64,000 bases of DNA from Naegleria gruberi (lineage: Eukaryota): NCBI GenBank assembly GCA_000004985.1, contig GG738870.1. One strand, written 5' to 3'. Each line of letters opens with the position of its first letter. Position 1 is the first letter of the stretch. Made by a program: the position numbers and the translations under genes. The notes under the pieces were generated by a model, which saw only the letters and a program-made list of their open reading frames with translations, ran no database searches and was not told where the DNA came from. Positions 32,338 through 41,680 of the stretch are shown piece by piece.

Positions 32338-33800
32338 TATTGTTGGTCGGAAGCTCCGTTCATATCCGTATCATCGTCGGATAGAGTGAGAGCTTCTTTG
32401 CCTTGTTTTCTTTGTTTTCTAGGCTTGTGACTTGAGCCAGAAGGTAAAAAGGTTTGCACATCTGTTGACAATTCAGTCAACTTATCGTCTAATGCACCAA
32501 TCATAGTATAAGTATTTTCATAGTCCGTATCTAGTTCGGCAAGCATTTCTTGTACTTGAGTATTCCTTTTGTTGCTATCTTCACTGAGTGTATTAATTTT
32601 AGTTTCAGTGGTAGTGAAGGAGGATTGCAACTGACTGAGTTGGATTTGGAGGGAAGTAATTTCATCCAAAAGACCGTCAATTTTAGCAACTTTAACTTTC
32701 ATTTCATTATTTTCTTTAGAGTGGTTGCTAAGAGTAACTGATTTGTCCAAGACGTTCTTATCGAGGTTAGTGTAGTGGGTTCTAATATTATTAATACTAG
32801 TATTGAGTTCCTTAAAATCATTTGTGTGTATAGTATTGATATTTGTAATGGATTTTTCTAACTCATCATTCTTAGTCTTCAGAGCCTGATTTTCTTTGAC
32901 TAATGAATCAACCCGAGATTGCAGCTCAGTGTATGCACTGGCAAGAACAAATCTGGTAGGATCTACGAGGGAAGCTTCTGAGATGGCGTGTTGAACCAAC
33001 TCCTTCACTTTGGTGATGAGGGAAGGTTTGTTGAGTCTAGGATTGAAGGAGAGATTTGTGACAACGACATCTCCAACGTAGATAATTTTGGTGAGTGTGC
33101 TTTTTTTCAGCTCTTCACGTTTGACTTTAACATAAGCGGTGTTGTTGTTAATGTCAAGTTCAGGATTAAGTTTCCACGCACTAATAATGACCTTTTTGAG
33201 TGCATCGATTTGTAGTTTTCTATCCGAATCCCAAGTGAGACGTAGAGTAGTGGTACTGACGTCTATTTCAGATAGAAAGTTGGGTTTATTATCTAATAGA
33301 TTTTCAACATTAACAGCCCAGAAATTATTCGAAGGGGAATAATTCATGCTAACAACTGACTTCACCTCACCGATCACCTTTTTAAGGTTTGGAATATTGA
33401 ATGGAAGGTCTACCTTATAGCGATACAGAGTGGAGACTCTTTGAAGAAACATAAATGAGTCTGTACCTTTCCACTCCTTAACAGCATTAAGTGCCATTTC
33501 ATGGCTCACAAAGTAAGCAAAGGCTACTCCTTTGAGGCCCAATGGAATGTGAACACCATTAACCCAACTCAGGTTAATGTTGTAGTGTTCTAAAATTTGT
33601 TGCTGGCTGCTGTTATCAGGATGACCCGCAAGAAGGACCCTGAATCTACGCTTATAAGATGGGAAGATGTGGCGTACCTGTCTACCATCTTTAGCTTCTG
33701 CTTTGGATGTGGCAGGTGTGTTGGCCTTCCTTGCTGATGTGTTGTTGTTGCTTGGAGACTGGTCAAGTTTTCCTCCGGGAGTCGGAGGAGTTTTGCCCAT
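32337..33800 (-). CDS. LINE ORF1 protein (about 487 aa from the first ATG): RRM-like domain followed by a long coiled-coil region
   Basis: The track ORF starts at a TTG (33857). The first ATG is at 33798..33800 (MGKTPPTPGG...). RNP1-like KGVAFAYF. Heptad-rich C-terminal half (LVKENQALKTKNDELEKSITNINT...). Confidence 0.7.
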   Translation of the reverse strand: MGKTPPTPGGKLDQSPSNNNTSARKANTPATSKAEAKDGRQVRHIFPSYKRRFRVLLAGHPDNSSQQQILEHYNINLSWVNGVHIPLGLKGVAFAYFVSHEMALNAVKEWKGTDSFMFLQRVSTLYRYKVDLPFNIPNLKKVIGEVKSVVSMNYSPSNNFWAVNVENLLDNKPNFLSEIDVSTTTLRLTWDSDRKLQIDALKKVIISAWKLNPELDINNNTAYVKVKREELKKSTLTKIIYVGDVVVTNLSFNPRLNKPSLITKVKELVQHAISEASLVDPTRFVLASAYTELQSRVDSLVKENQALKTKNDELEKSITNINTIHTNDFKELNTSINNIRTHYTNLDKNVLDKSVTLSNHSKENNEMKVKVAKIDGLLDEITSLQIQLSQLQSSFTTTETKINTLSEDSNKRNTQVQEMLAELDTDYENTYTMIGALDDKLTELSTDVQTFLPSGSSHKPRKQRKQGKEALTLSDDDTDMNGASDQQ

Positions 33801-33945
33801 TTTTTTTGAACCCCATATATATTGAAGAAAACCCAATCTCAATATCTTTTGACTCAAATTCTTCCCTCAAACTACTGTAAGGACATTAAATTTCCAAAAT
33901 AGTATTAAAAAACGCCAATTTTTCAAGTTCATTTAAGGCACGCTA

Positions 33946-35055
33946 ATGTGCGATCGGATGAATAAGAAAAACAACAATAAAAAAATGGAAACAATCACAG
34001 CGCTTATTCCCTCCTCCGTGAAGGATCATTTTGAAACTCTGTTATCTTGCACGGTGAAGAGTAGTGATAAGATGAATAGGGTGATCTCTTACGGATTTTT
34101 GGGAAGTTTAATGTTGTACTTGGGGCGAAGATTTTTCAGAGGAACTTTCGTTTCTTCCGAATTGATGAATAAGAAGGATTTGAGTGGACAAGTTGTGCTG
34201 GTTACTGGATGTAGTAGAGGAGGAATTGGTTATGAAACTGTAAAGGCTTTGTATTTAAGAGGAGCTCAAGTTGTTGTTGCTGTTAGAGATAAAGCAAGAA
34301 GTGAGAAGGAATTCTTTGAATTGTTGAATCAACATAAGGGAGAACAGAGAGGATTTATTGTTGTAATGAAGGTGGATTTGGATGATTTGGAAAGTGTTAG
34401 AGAATTTGCAAAGGAATTTTTACAGAGATTTAATCGATTGGATATTTTGATTAATAATGCTGGATTGGGAGGAGCTGATGGTGTTTCTAAACAGGGATAC
34501 GAAACTCATTTTGCTGTAAATCACTTGAGCCACTTTTTATTGGTTCATTATTTGAGACAATTGATTTTGGATACTAGTGTTAAATATTATAAGGAATGTA
34601 AAATTATCAATGTTGGATCGGCTGCTCACATGTTTGTTAGAAAGGAGGAACACTTGAATTTTACAAAGGAAAGAATTAGTAAGGCTGACCCTACCATGTT
34701 TGCTTATGGTCAATCCAAGCTCTGTAACTTGTTATTTACAAAATCCCTTGCTAGACAATTACAAGATTCAAAGGTTGGAGTATATGTTATACATCCAGGA
34801 GCTGTGCAAACAAACTTTTTCCGCAGAATGCCAATCATGTCCATTTTGAATTGGATTGTTTGGTACTTTTTCAAGACTCCAGAAGGAGGTGCTCAAACTC
34901 AAATCCATGTTGCCTTGGAAAGTATGGATAAGTTACGTAGTGGAGGATATTATTCAGATTGTGGACTGGCTAGAGAAACCTCTCTTGCAAATAATGTCGA
35001 CATTCAAGACAAGTTATGGAACTTCAGTGAAGAATTGTGCAAGGATTATATGTAA
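33946..35055 (+). CDS. Short-chain dehydrogenase/reductase, retinol-dehydrogenase-like (RDH11/12/WWOX-type), 369 aa
   Basis: Rossmann motif VVLVTGCSRGGIGYET. NNAG motif ILINNAGLGG. Catalytic YGQSKLCN. The true start may be a later Met (MNKKNN.. or METITA..). Confidence 0.8.
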   Translation: MCDRMNKKNNNKKMETITALIPSSVKDHFETLLSCTVKSSDKMNRVISYGFLGSLMLYLGRRFFRGTFVSSELMNKKDLSGQVVLVTGCSRGGIGYETVKALYLRGAQVVVAVRDKARSEKEFFELLNQHKGEQRGFIVVMKVDLDDLESVREFAKEFLQRFNRLDILINNAGLGGADGVSKQGYETHFAVNHLSHFLLVHYLRQLILDTSVKYYKECKIINVGSAAHMFVRKEEHLNFTKERISKADPTMFAYGQSKLCNLLFTKSLARQLQDSKVGVYVIHPGAVQTNFFRRMPIMSILNWIVWYFFKTPEGGAQTQIHVALESMDKLRSGGYYSDCGLARETSLANNVDIQDKLWNFSEELCKDYM

Positions 35056-35554
35056 TGAATGTCATTTCAGAATTTACATTAAAATAATTACAATTAAATG
35101 TTCAAGATAGAAATTTGAAGTCTCTTCGAAACTATTAGGTTAATAATTTATTCATTCCATTTATTTAGAGTGTGAAATATAAGGAATATCCTTTAACTAT
35201 TAAGGAACTTTGAACGGATGTGTATATTAATAAACAGTGCAGCCCCTACCAATTTCTGACCTTCCTCCTTCACTACTGGGTGTATAATCTTAACACAATT
35301 AAATTAGCACATGTCCACCTTGTTAAGGCAGGCACATTTTGTATTACTGGGGATTTATGTTAGGCAAAATCGCCTTATCAGAATGGAAGGAACCTATTTT
35401 GTCTCCTCCTTGGTCTTCTAGAACCACTAAAACACTAGACACAGCACCAGATCGCGTTTCATCAACAACTTCAAATCGTTGTTTAACATCCATGGAACCT
35501 TCTCTCAACAACCACACGAAAAAAAAACAGATGATTCTTCATCGTCATCATTCC

Positions 35555-38500
35555 ATGAAAAACCTCTGCGCATTGCCACTGCTACTAATATTATGCTTTC
35601 AAACAGTATTGCTATTCTTCCATTCATCATGCATTCAGCCAGTCAGAGGTGAAACATGTTTTGGAATTGCATCGAGCAGTTCAAAAACTTGTTCTGGAAG
35701 AGGTGTTTGCACACCAGATAATTTGTGCACATGTAATGTGGATTCATCATTGGGTTCTTCCTCTCCCTATTCTGGATTGAACTGTGAAGTAGATTTGTGT
35801 TTTCCTAATGCAATTATTTCTTATAATTGCAATGGAAATGGACAGTGTGAAAATGGTGTTTGTAAATGTAAGGAGGGAACTTCTGGATTCATGTGCCATT
35901 TGAATAGTACCAAATTGATGTGTTTTGGTGTGAGTGGAGGTGATTCAAGAGTTTGTTCTGGTCATGGAAAATGTTTGGACACGAACGTGTGCTCATGCCA
36001 AGATGGTTATACAGGAACTGAATGTCAAATTCCACTATGTTATGGTATTCCATCAACTTTGACATCAAGCGTTTGCTCTGGTAAAGGTACATGCAAGGGA
36101 CAAGATACATGCGAATGTCAATCAGGTTTTTCTGGAGCTAATTGTGAAGTACTTGGTTCAGTATCTTCGCAAGGCTCATCTATTGCAATTCCAGCATCAT
36201 TTTGTGGATCAATAATTGATAGTGATAACAGAACATGTAATGGAAGAGGAAAATGTATTGCCAATGACACATGTCTATGTATGGAAGGTTACAATGACCA
36301 TGACATGTGTCAGAGTACATTCTGCTTTTCAATTCCACAATATGATGCACTGGTTTGCAGTGGACATGGCAACTGCATCGATTACAATACATGTAATTGT
36401 ACTTCTTCTGGAAATTCTTCATTGAACTTTATTGGAAATGAATGTGAAATAGTTCAATGTTTAGGAAGAAATTTCCATTTTTACAATAGCACAGATTCAA
36501 ATGTTTGCAATGGAAATGGTTTCTGTTCCTCTACCAATGATGGTTGCATTTGTAAGGATGGTTATTACGGAGATGCATGTGAACAATTTTCCTGTTTTGG
36601 TATTTCATCAACAAGTGAAATTTCTTGTTCTGGAAATGGACAATGTTTAGATATTGACACTTGCTCATGCTACTCAAATTTACAACAAGGTTATTGGAGT
36701 GGAGAAAATTGTGATATCTGTGATGAAAATTACTCTGGAACGCATTGTAACGAAACAGTAACTTGTCAATCTGAAACTTTTTGTAATCTTTTAGGATCTT
36801 GCTTTAACAATACATGTCAATGTGAAGAACAATACTCGGGACCATCCTGTAGTTTGTGTCAGGGTGGTTTCTATGGTCCATTCTGTAACCATAGCTGTTC
36901 CAGAGTGGACACATGTCATGGACATGGAGAATGTTCAAGAGATGGAATTTTCTGTGAATGTGATCAATCTAATGAGGATGGTTATTGGGATGATTTGTCA
37001 ATGTGTCAAAAATGTAAGAATGGATATTTTGGATCAAGCTGTTTATTGAGAATCGGTGAAAGTTTCGGTTTAAATTCATTGGGAAATGAAATTGTAATTC
37101 CATTAGTGATTCGTCCAAATAATTTGCAGAATTTACTGAATTGCTCTTTGATATTGGTTTTGGAAAGTAGAAGAATGCTTGGATCCTTCCCTGAATGCTG
37201 GATTGATTCGAATAATATGTTGAGAATTACCATTCCAAAAGATTCGACATTTTCTCCAATTCTTAATTCTGATAGAATTGTTATAATTCCAAGTGGTTTT
37301 GAAAATGGTATTCAGAAAAACGAAACCATTTCCCTTCCTTTTGATTCTATCAATACGAAACTTGTCCTTCCAGTTGCCAAAATCTATTCGAATTCAACTT
37401 ATATTCTTCCAAATAGTGATTTAACTTTAATTGGTTCAAATTTACTAAGAATTGAAAGAGAAAGAAATCTGACATTTGAATGGTCTTTGAAGAGTAGTGA
37501 TTCTGATTTTGCCTTATTTCAATCGAATTTGAATTCAAGAATTTCGAGTGGAAAATTTGGTCAACTGACAATTACAAAATCTGACATTCCATCAACTGTT
37601 ACTACATTCCAGATCCAATTGATTGTTAGAAATCAAATTAATAATATTTCCAGTAATCCTACTCATATGACATTCACTGTATTGAAATCTACAACTTTAC
37701 AACAAGTTTACAATGGAGCTTACAATTTGAAATTCAATTTACCAACTCAAATTCTTTATGTACATAATGACATGTTACCATACAAGTTAAAATACTCTCT
37801 ATTACAAGATAATTCACCTATTTCACTTCCAAACTCTAGTTATTCCATTCAATTTTCAATTAGTCCAACACCTTCGGATAACACTTTCGTTACTTTACAG
37901 AATTCGAATGGTATTTTAACAATTTCCTCAGCGTATAACTATGACAATCAGAATAATGTTTATGAAGGATTCGATGGTCAAGTGTTTAACTCTTCCAAGT
38001 TTTATCAAATTATTGGAACTGTCACTCATGTGCCAAGTGGAAAAATTGTCACTCAAAAATCAATCAAATCATTCTTTATTAACAGAAATAGTGGAGCGAG
38101 ACCTGATTTTGATACTGGTAGTCTAAATCCTCTTCCAACACAAGCAGGTCCCGCAGCCATAACCATCCTAACCAATGGACACACTTTTGATTCAGTTGAC
38201 TGGGATTGTTTCGAATGGTCTGGAGTTGGTGGAAAGTGCAGTAATGAATGGATGGCAGCAATTGCAGCATCCAAAGATTCCAACATCCTAAACGTTCCAC
38301 TCGACACTTTTTTCCTTGCTAAGAATCCTCTTTACGTCAGAGCTAAGGTTGTGATTGCTGGCATTCCCTATTATCTCCAAAGCTCAGTAACCCCATCTCA
38401 GGGATTTGGTTTCAAGACTTTGAATGGAGCAACTTTGTACAGTATCATTGCTGGAATGCAGTTGGCCAAAATTGATCGAACCAATTCTCACACAGCTGTC

Positions 38501-39202
38501 TATTCTTGGATGGATTACCAATTTAAGGATACTGTGAATGGAGCCACACTTACTTATGAAGTTAGAGATCAAGATAATAACTTATTAACGCCAACATCGT
38601 CATATATTACACTGGATACTAATCAGAGAAAGTTTACAATTTCTGGTTCAAATATTCCAACAAGTGTTAAAGTATTGAAAATCTCAGTTCGTTTTACAGT
38701 TCCTAATTTTACCAATTTTAAATATAGAGCTTATCTTTATTTGGTTCCAGATGCAATTACCCAACCTAGTCCAACATCAGTGTTGAATTATACTGTTTTG
38801 GAAAATGGATTGAGAAAGTATACGTTAAATTATCAATTGACCAAAACATATGTTGCTGCCATGTCATCCATTTCATTAAAAATTGGAAGTCATAAGATTA
38901 GTATTGCCAATGTCGGTCCAAGTCAACTTGTGAAATTTATACTTCCACCCCTCTTGGATGCCAGCTCAATAATTGCTGATGTGACATATGTCGATAATAG
39001 ATATGTCGGTGGTGCTAGCTCCATTACACAACAATTCACATTACATTCTCTACCTGCCGAAAGTCAATCATCTGATTCTTTTATTCGTTCCATGCAAGAA
39101 TCCATTCGAACAGATGCCACAACTTATTTAGGTACTAATTTTGTAATGTTAATAATGAATATTAGATATTTGGGTGAGGAATATGATTTCCCTACCATGT
39201 AA
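35555..39202 (+). CDS. Secreted or surface EGF/tenascin-repeat protein (about 1215 aa from the signal-peptide Met). About 15 Cys-rich EGF-like modules plus a large Cys-poor C-terminal domain.
   Basis: The track ORF starts at a TTG (35339). Signal peptide MKNLCALPLLLILCFQTVLLFFHSSC begins at the ATG at 35555..35557 (an alternative ATG lies at 35531). Repeated CSGRGVC..C.C..G..G..C modules are like those of the 11200..17703 receptor. No kinase, and no clear TM. Confidence 0.75.
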   Translation: MKNLCALPLLLILCFQTVLLFFHSSCIQPVRGETCFGIASSSSKTCSGRGVCTPDNLCTCNVDSSLGSSSPYSGLNCEVDLCFPNAIISYNCNGNGQCENGVCKCKEGTSGFMCHLNSTKLMCFGVSGGDSRVCSGHGKCLDTNVCSCQDGYTGTECQIPLCYGIPSTLTSSVCSGKGTCKGQDTCECQSGFSGANCEVLGSVSSQGSSIAIPASFCGSIIDSDNRTCNGRGKCIANDTCLCMEGYNDHDMCQSTFCFSIPQYDALVCSGHGNCIDYNTCNCTSSGNSSLNFIGNECEIVQCLGRNFHFYNSTDSNVCNGNGFCSSTNDGCICKDGYYGDACEQFSCFGISSTSEISCSGNGQCLDIDTCSCYSNLQQGYWSGENCDICDENYSGTHCNETVTCQSETFCNLLGSCFNNTCQCEEQYSGPSCSLCQGGFYGPFCNHSCSRVDTCHGHGECSRDGIFCECDQSNEDGYWDDLSMCQKCKNGYFGSSCLLRIGESFGLNSLGNEIVIPLVIRPNNLQNLLNCSLILVLESRRMLGSFPECWIDSNNMLRITIPKDSTFSPILNSDRIVIIPSGFENGIQKNETISLPFDSINTKLVLPVAKIYSNSTYILPNSDLTLIGSNLLRIERERNLTFEWSLKSSDSDFALFQSNLNSRISSGKFGQLTITKSDIPSTVTTFQIQLIVRNQINNISSNPTHMTFTVLKSTTLQQVYNGAYNLKFNLPTQILYVHNDMLPYKLKYSLLQDNSPISLPNSSYSIQFSISPTPSDNTFVTLQNSNGILTISSAYNYDNQNNVYEGFDGQVFNSSKFYQIIGTVTHVPSGKIVTQKSIKSFFINRNSGARPDFDTGSLNPLPTQAGPAAITILTNGHTFDSVDWDCFEWSGVGGKCSNEWMAAIAASKDSNILNVPLDTFFLAKNPLYVRAKVVIAGIPYYLQSSVTPSQGFGFKTLNGATLYSIIAGMQLAKIDRTNSHTAVYSWMDYQFKDTVNGATLTYEVRDQDNNLLTPTSSYITLDTNQRKFTISGSNIPTSVKVLKISVRFTVPNFTNFKYRAYLYLVPDAITQPSPTSVLNYTVLENGLRKYTLNYQLTKTYVAAMSSISLKIGSHKISIANVGPSQLVKFILPPLLDASSIIADVTYVDNRYVGGASSITQQFTLHSLPAESQSSDSFIRSMQESIRTDATTYLGTNFVMLIMNIRYLGEEYDFPTM

Positions 39203-39796
39203 AAATATCATCAACTACATACCTTTAAATCCTCATGAGGATATGAAACAAATTCATTCTTTGGTGTTTCTTCCGAATAAATCAAAATTATGGAAATGTT
39301 CAGGTGTTTGTTTACAACATCAACATCAGTCAACCAAGATTTCTACCTCTACATTATCAGATGGGTGTTCAATCCATGTACTATTCAGCTCCTGTATACG
39401 AAAGAAAGATTGAAGTGATGAATATATCAAAAATCAACACCATTCATCTATGTTTACAGAGATTAGAAATATTTATAACAGCTTGACAGATACAGTTCAG
39501 TGGTTGAATGAGTTTTAAACAATTTCTTGGCTGAGAGCATTTCTTAATCATTTCCTCAGAAATGCTCTCAGCCAAGAAACGATTATTCGAAAGTTTAACC
39601 AACTATCACTCAACCATTGGCATTACCACCAAATCCTTTCTCTCCTTTAACTCAATCCATCCTGCACATTGTCACCTCGCACATTTGCTTACAAAATATT
39701 TAAATTCCACCAAAATCCAGAACATCTGCAACAATAAAAAATTCAAAACTTGTTCGATAGAAGAAAAGTATTCGGAAAATTAAAACACATTAAACA

Positions 39797-40498
39797 ATGC
39801 ATCGCTACGTTCTACTCTTGAGAGGAATCAATGTCGGAGGAAGTAAATCCATCAAAATGGCTGATTTGAAAAAGACGCTGAGTAATATTAAATTTAAGCC
39901 TTCTGATGATAATAATAAGTCATCATCAAATAATTCATCAAATACTTCATCATTGAATAATTCTAATAATTCTGATGATTCTGCTGGTGCGGTTGATAAT
40001 ATTCAAAAATTGCAAAATATTAAAAGTTATTTAGCGAGTGGCAATGTAATTTTCGATTTGAATTTAAAATTGCTTTCCAATGATGAGAGAAGACTGGAGG
40101 AGGAAATTACCAATATTCTGATGAAGGAATTTACCTTTGATGTACCAGTAATGATTAGACATGCCACAGAATTTCATCAAATTATTGCCAATAATCCATT
40201 CTACTCGGTGAAGGAGAAGAAGATTGATGATTTGTACATTTGCCTGTTGATTTCAAAACCACAAGGTGAATTGGTGGAGAACATGATGAAGGATAATAAG
40301 GATTCCTATTCACCTGATGAATTTGAAATTGTGGATTCAACAGATGCTGCTGATGCTACTTGTTGCATTTACCTTCGATTGAAAAGTGGTGCTGCAAAAA
40401 CTAAATTGACCAATAACATGTTGGAGAAAAAGTTCAAAGTGAATGCAACAAGTAGGAACTGGAAAACAATGTTGGAATTGAAGAAGTTACTACAGTAA
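39797..40498 (+). CDS. DUF1697-family protein (a bacterial-type domain) with an inserted Asn/Ser-rich low-complexity loop, 233 aa
   Basis: N-terminus MHRYVLLLRGINVGGSKSIKMADLKK matches the DUF1697 hallmark (Y.ALLRGVNVGG.NK..MAEL). An internal SGNVIF and a C-terminal ATSRNWKTMLELKKLL also fit the family. The NNKSSSNNSSNTSSLNNSNNSDD insert looks eukaryotic in style. Confidence 0.6.
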   Translation: MHRYVLLLRGINVGGSKSIKMADLKKTLSNIKFKPSDDNNKSSSNNSSNTSSLNNSNNSDDSAGAVDNIQKLQNIKSYLASGNVIFDLNLKLLSNDERRLEEEITNILMKEFTFDVPVMIRHATEFHQIIANNPFYSVKEKKIDDLYICLLISKPQGELVENMMKDNKDSYSPDEFEIVDSTDAADATCCIYLRLKSGAAKTKLTNNMLEKKFKVNATSRNWKTMLELKKLLQ

Positions 40499-40699
40499 TT
40501 AACTACAGTTACAAGTCGGCAACAATTTGCATTGTGTTTGATGTCCTTAGTTCACATCGGCTGGTGGTTATATACATAATTGGACAACTTTAAAGCAAAA
40601 AGAGTCGAGTACGAAAGAGGAAAGGTTTTTCGCATTAACACTTGGGGTTTTTATTGAAATAAGATTTCAAGAGTCTTCTGTTTTTGGGGGTGATGTAGT

Positions 40700-41680
40700 T
40701 TATTTGAAAATGATAAACTTTCCTTTTGGATTGGACTTTTTAAACTCAATTTCCTCGAACTTGTTGTGTGAAAACCTTACTCGATAGTTTGGCATGTTAT
40801 TATTGCTGCTTGATGAAGATCTCCTTTTCTTTGAAACCTTCTTGTCATCATTATATGATGTAAAGTTAGAAAAACTAGATTCTGGTTGATGGAAAGATAT
40901 GCAATATGATAATTCTTCATTATTCGAAACTAATTGTTTCTTCATTGGAGAAGAGGAAGCTTTCATTTTCTGCTTTTTAGCAATTTTGCTAGGACTGCCA
41001 GTATACGATAATGAACCATTGAATGGTTTCATACCGTTGCTGTTATTGCATTGGAGGTGTAAATCAGGTTGTTGTGAATTTTCCAAACTAGGAAGGATAA
41101 CGAAATTGGAGGAATCAGGAACAGATGTAATCGGTGTGCTGGATGGTTCCCACACGTTATTGCCGGCAAGAAGTGGAGAGGTTGTTGTGGTTGAGTATTG
41201 ATTCTCATTGTTTGATGAGAAACTATTGAATAATGTATTAGAATTGCTACATGCACTAGTTGTGGTAGTAGTAGTAGGGGAAGATGAAGTTGAAGATTGG
41301 GTGATGGTTCTAGCATTGAATTGAAATTCATTGGTAGTGGAGGAAAGTTTACTCCAAACTAAACCTAATGTGGATGGCACATTTCTCAACTCGAGATCAA
41401 TGAGTTGATGAATATAACTTTCATCGAGAGTGATCATGTCTGATGGTGAAGAGATGGTGGATTGGATCATTTGGCATTCTTGAGGTTTTTGAGGATGAAA
41501 AGTACATGAATTATTGGAAGAATTGAAAGGTTTAGTCGAGGAATCTTCAACAACTTGATCGAGCAAAGACATGAAATCATGTCTGTTCATCAAGTCAATT
41601 AGCACTTCATTGGTCACTTCATCAACAATACTATTACTAGCACTATGATTAGCGAACAACATCAAGTTGGCAGCTGACAT
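40700..41680 (-). CDS. Ser/Thr/Asn-rich low-complexity protein (326 aa), unknown function
   Basis: ATG at 41678..41680. Long S/T/N tracts. No recognisable domain. Confidence 0.4.
   Translation of the reverse strand: MSAANLMLFANHSASNSIVDEVTNEVLIDLMNRHDFMSLLDQVVEDSSTKPFNSSNNSCTFHPQKPQECQMIQSTISSPSDMITLDESYIHQLIDLELRNVPSTLGLVWSKLSSTTNEFQFNARTITQSSTSSSPTTTTTTSACSNSNTLFNSFSSNNENQYSTTTTSPLLAGNNVWEPSSTPITSVPDSSNFVILPSLENSQQPDLHLQCNNSNGMKPFNGSLSYTGSPSKIAKKQKMKASSSPMKKQLVSNNEELSYCISFHQPESSFSNFTSYNDDKKVSKKRRSSSSSNNNMPNYRVRFSHNKFEEIEFKKSNPKGKFIIFK

Larger units (their letters stand above)
29400..33900 (-). mobile_element. Full-length non-LTR (LINE) retrotransposon of about 4.5 kb. ORF1 has an RRM and a coiled coil. 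ORF2 has an APE endonuclease, a reverse transcriptase and a C-terminal CCHC zinc knuckle.
   Basis: Two consecutive ORFs on the minus strand are joined by an overlapping TAATG (ORF1 stop 32339..32337, ORF2 ATG 32337..32335). APE motifs QETHW and ILGDLN. RT motifs FRPIVVLPIIYRI, LDIKNAYGSV, QGDPLSPLVFNI, YADDIIVL. C-terminal CDICHKEETWTHVFQSCPKC. ORF2 is intact except for a 50-N gap. Confidence 0.85.

Noticed and set aside
39174-39783. Three short + strand ORFs (60-79 aa) downstream of the EGF-repeat gene
   Set aside because: They are low-complexity and overlap the 3' flank and the perfect inverted repeat, with no domain signal. They are likely non-coding 3' or intergenic sequence.
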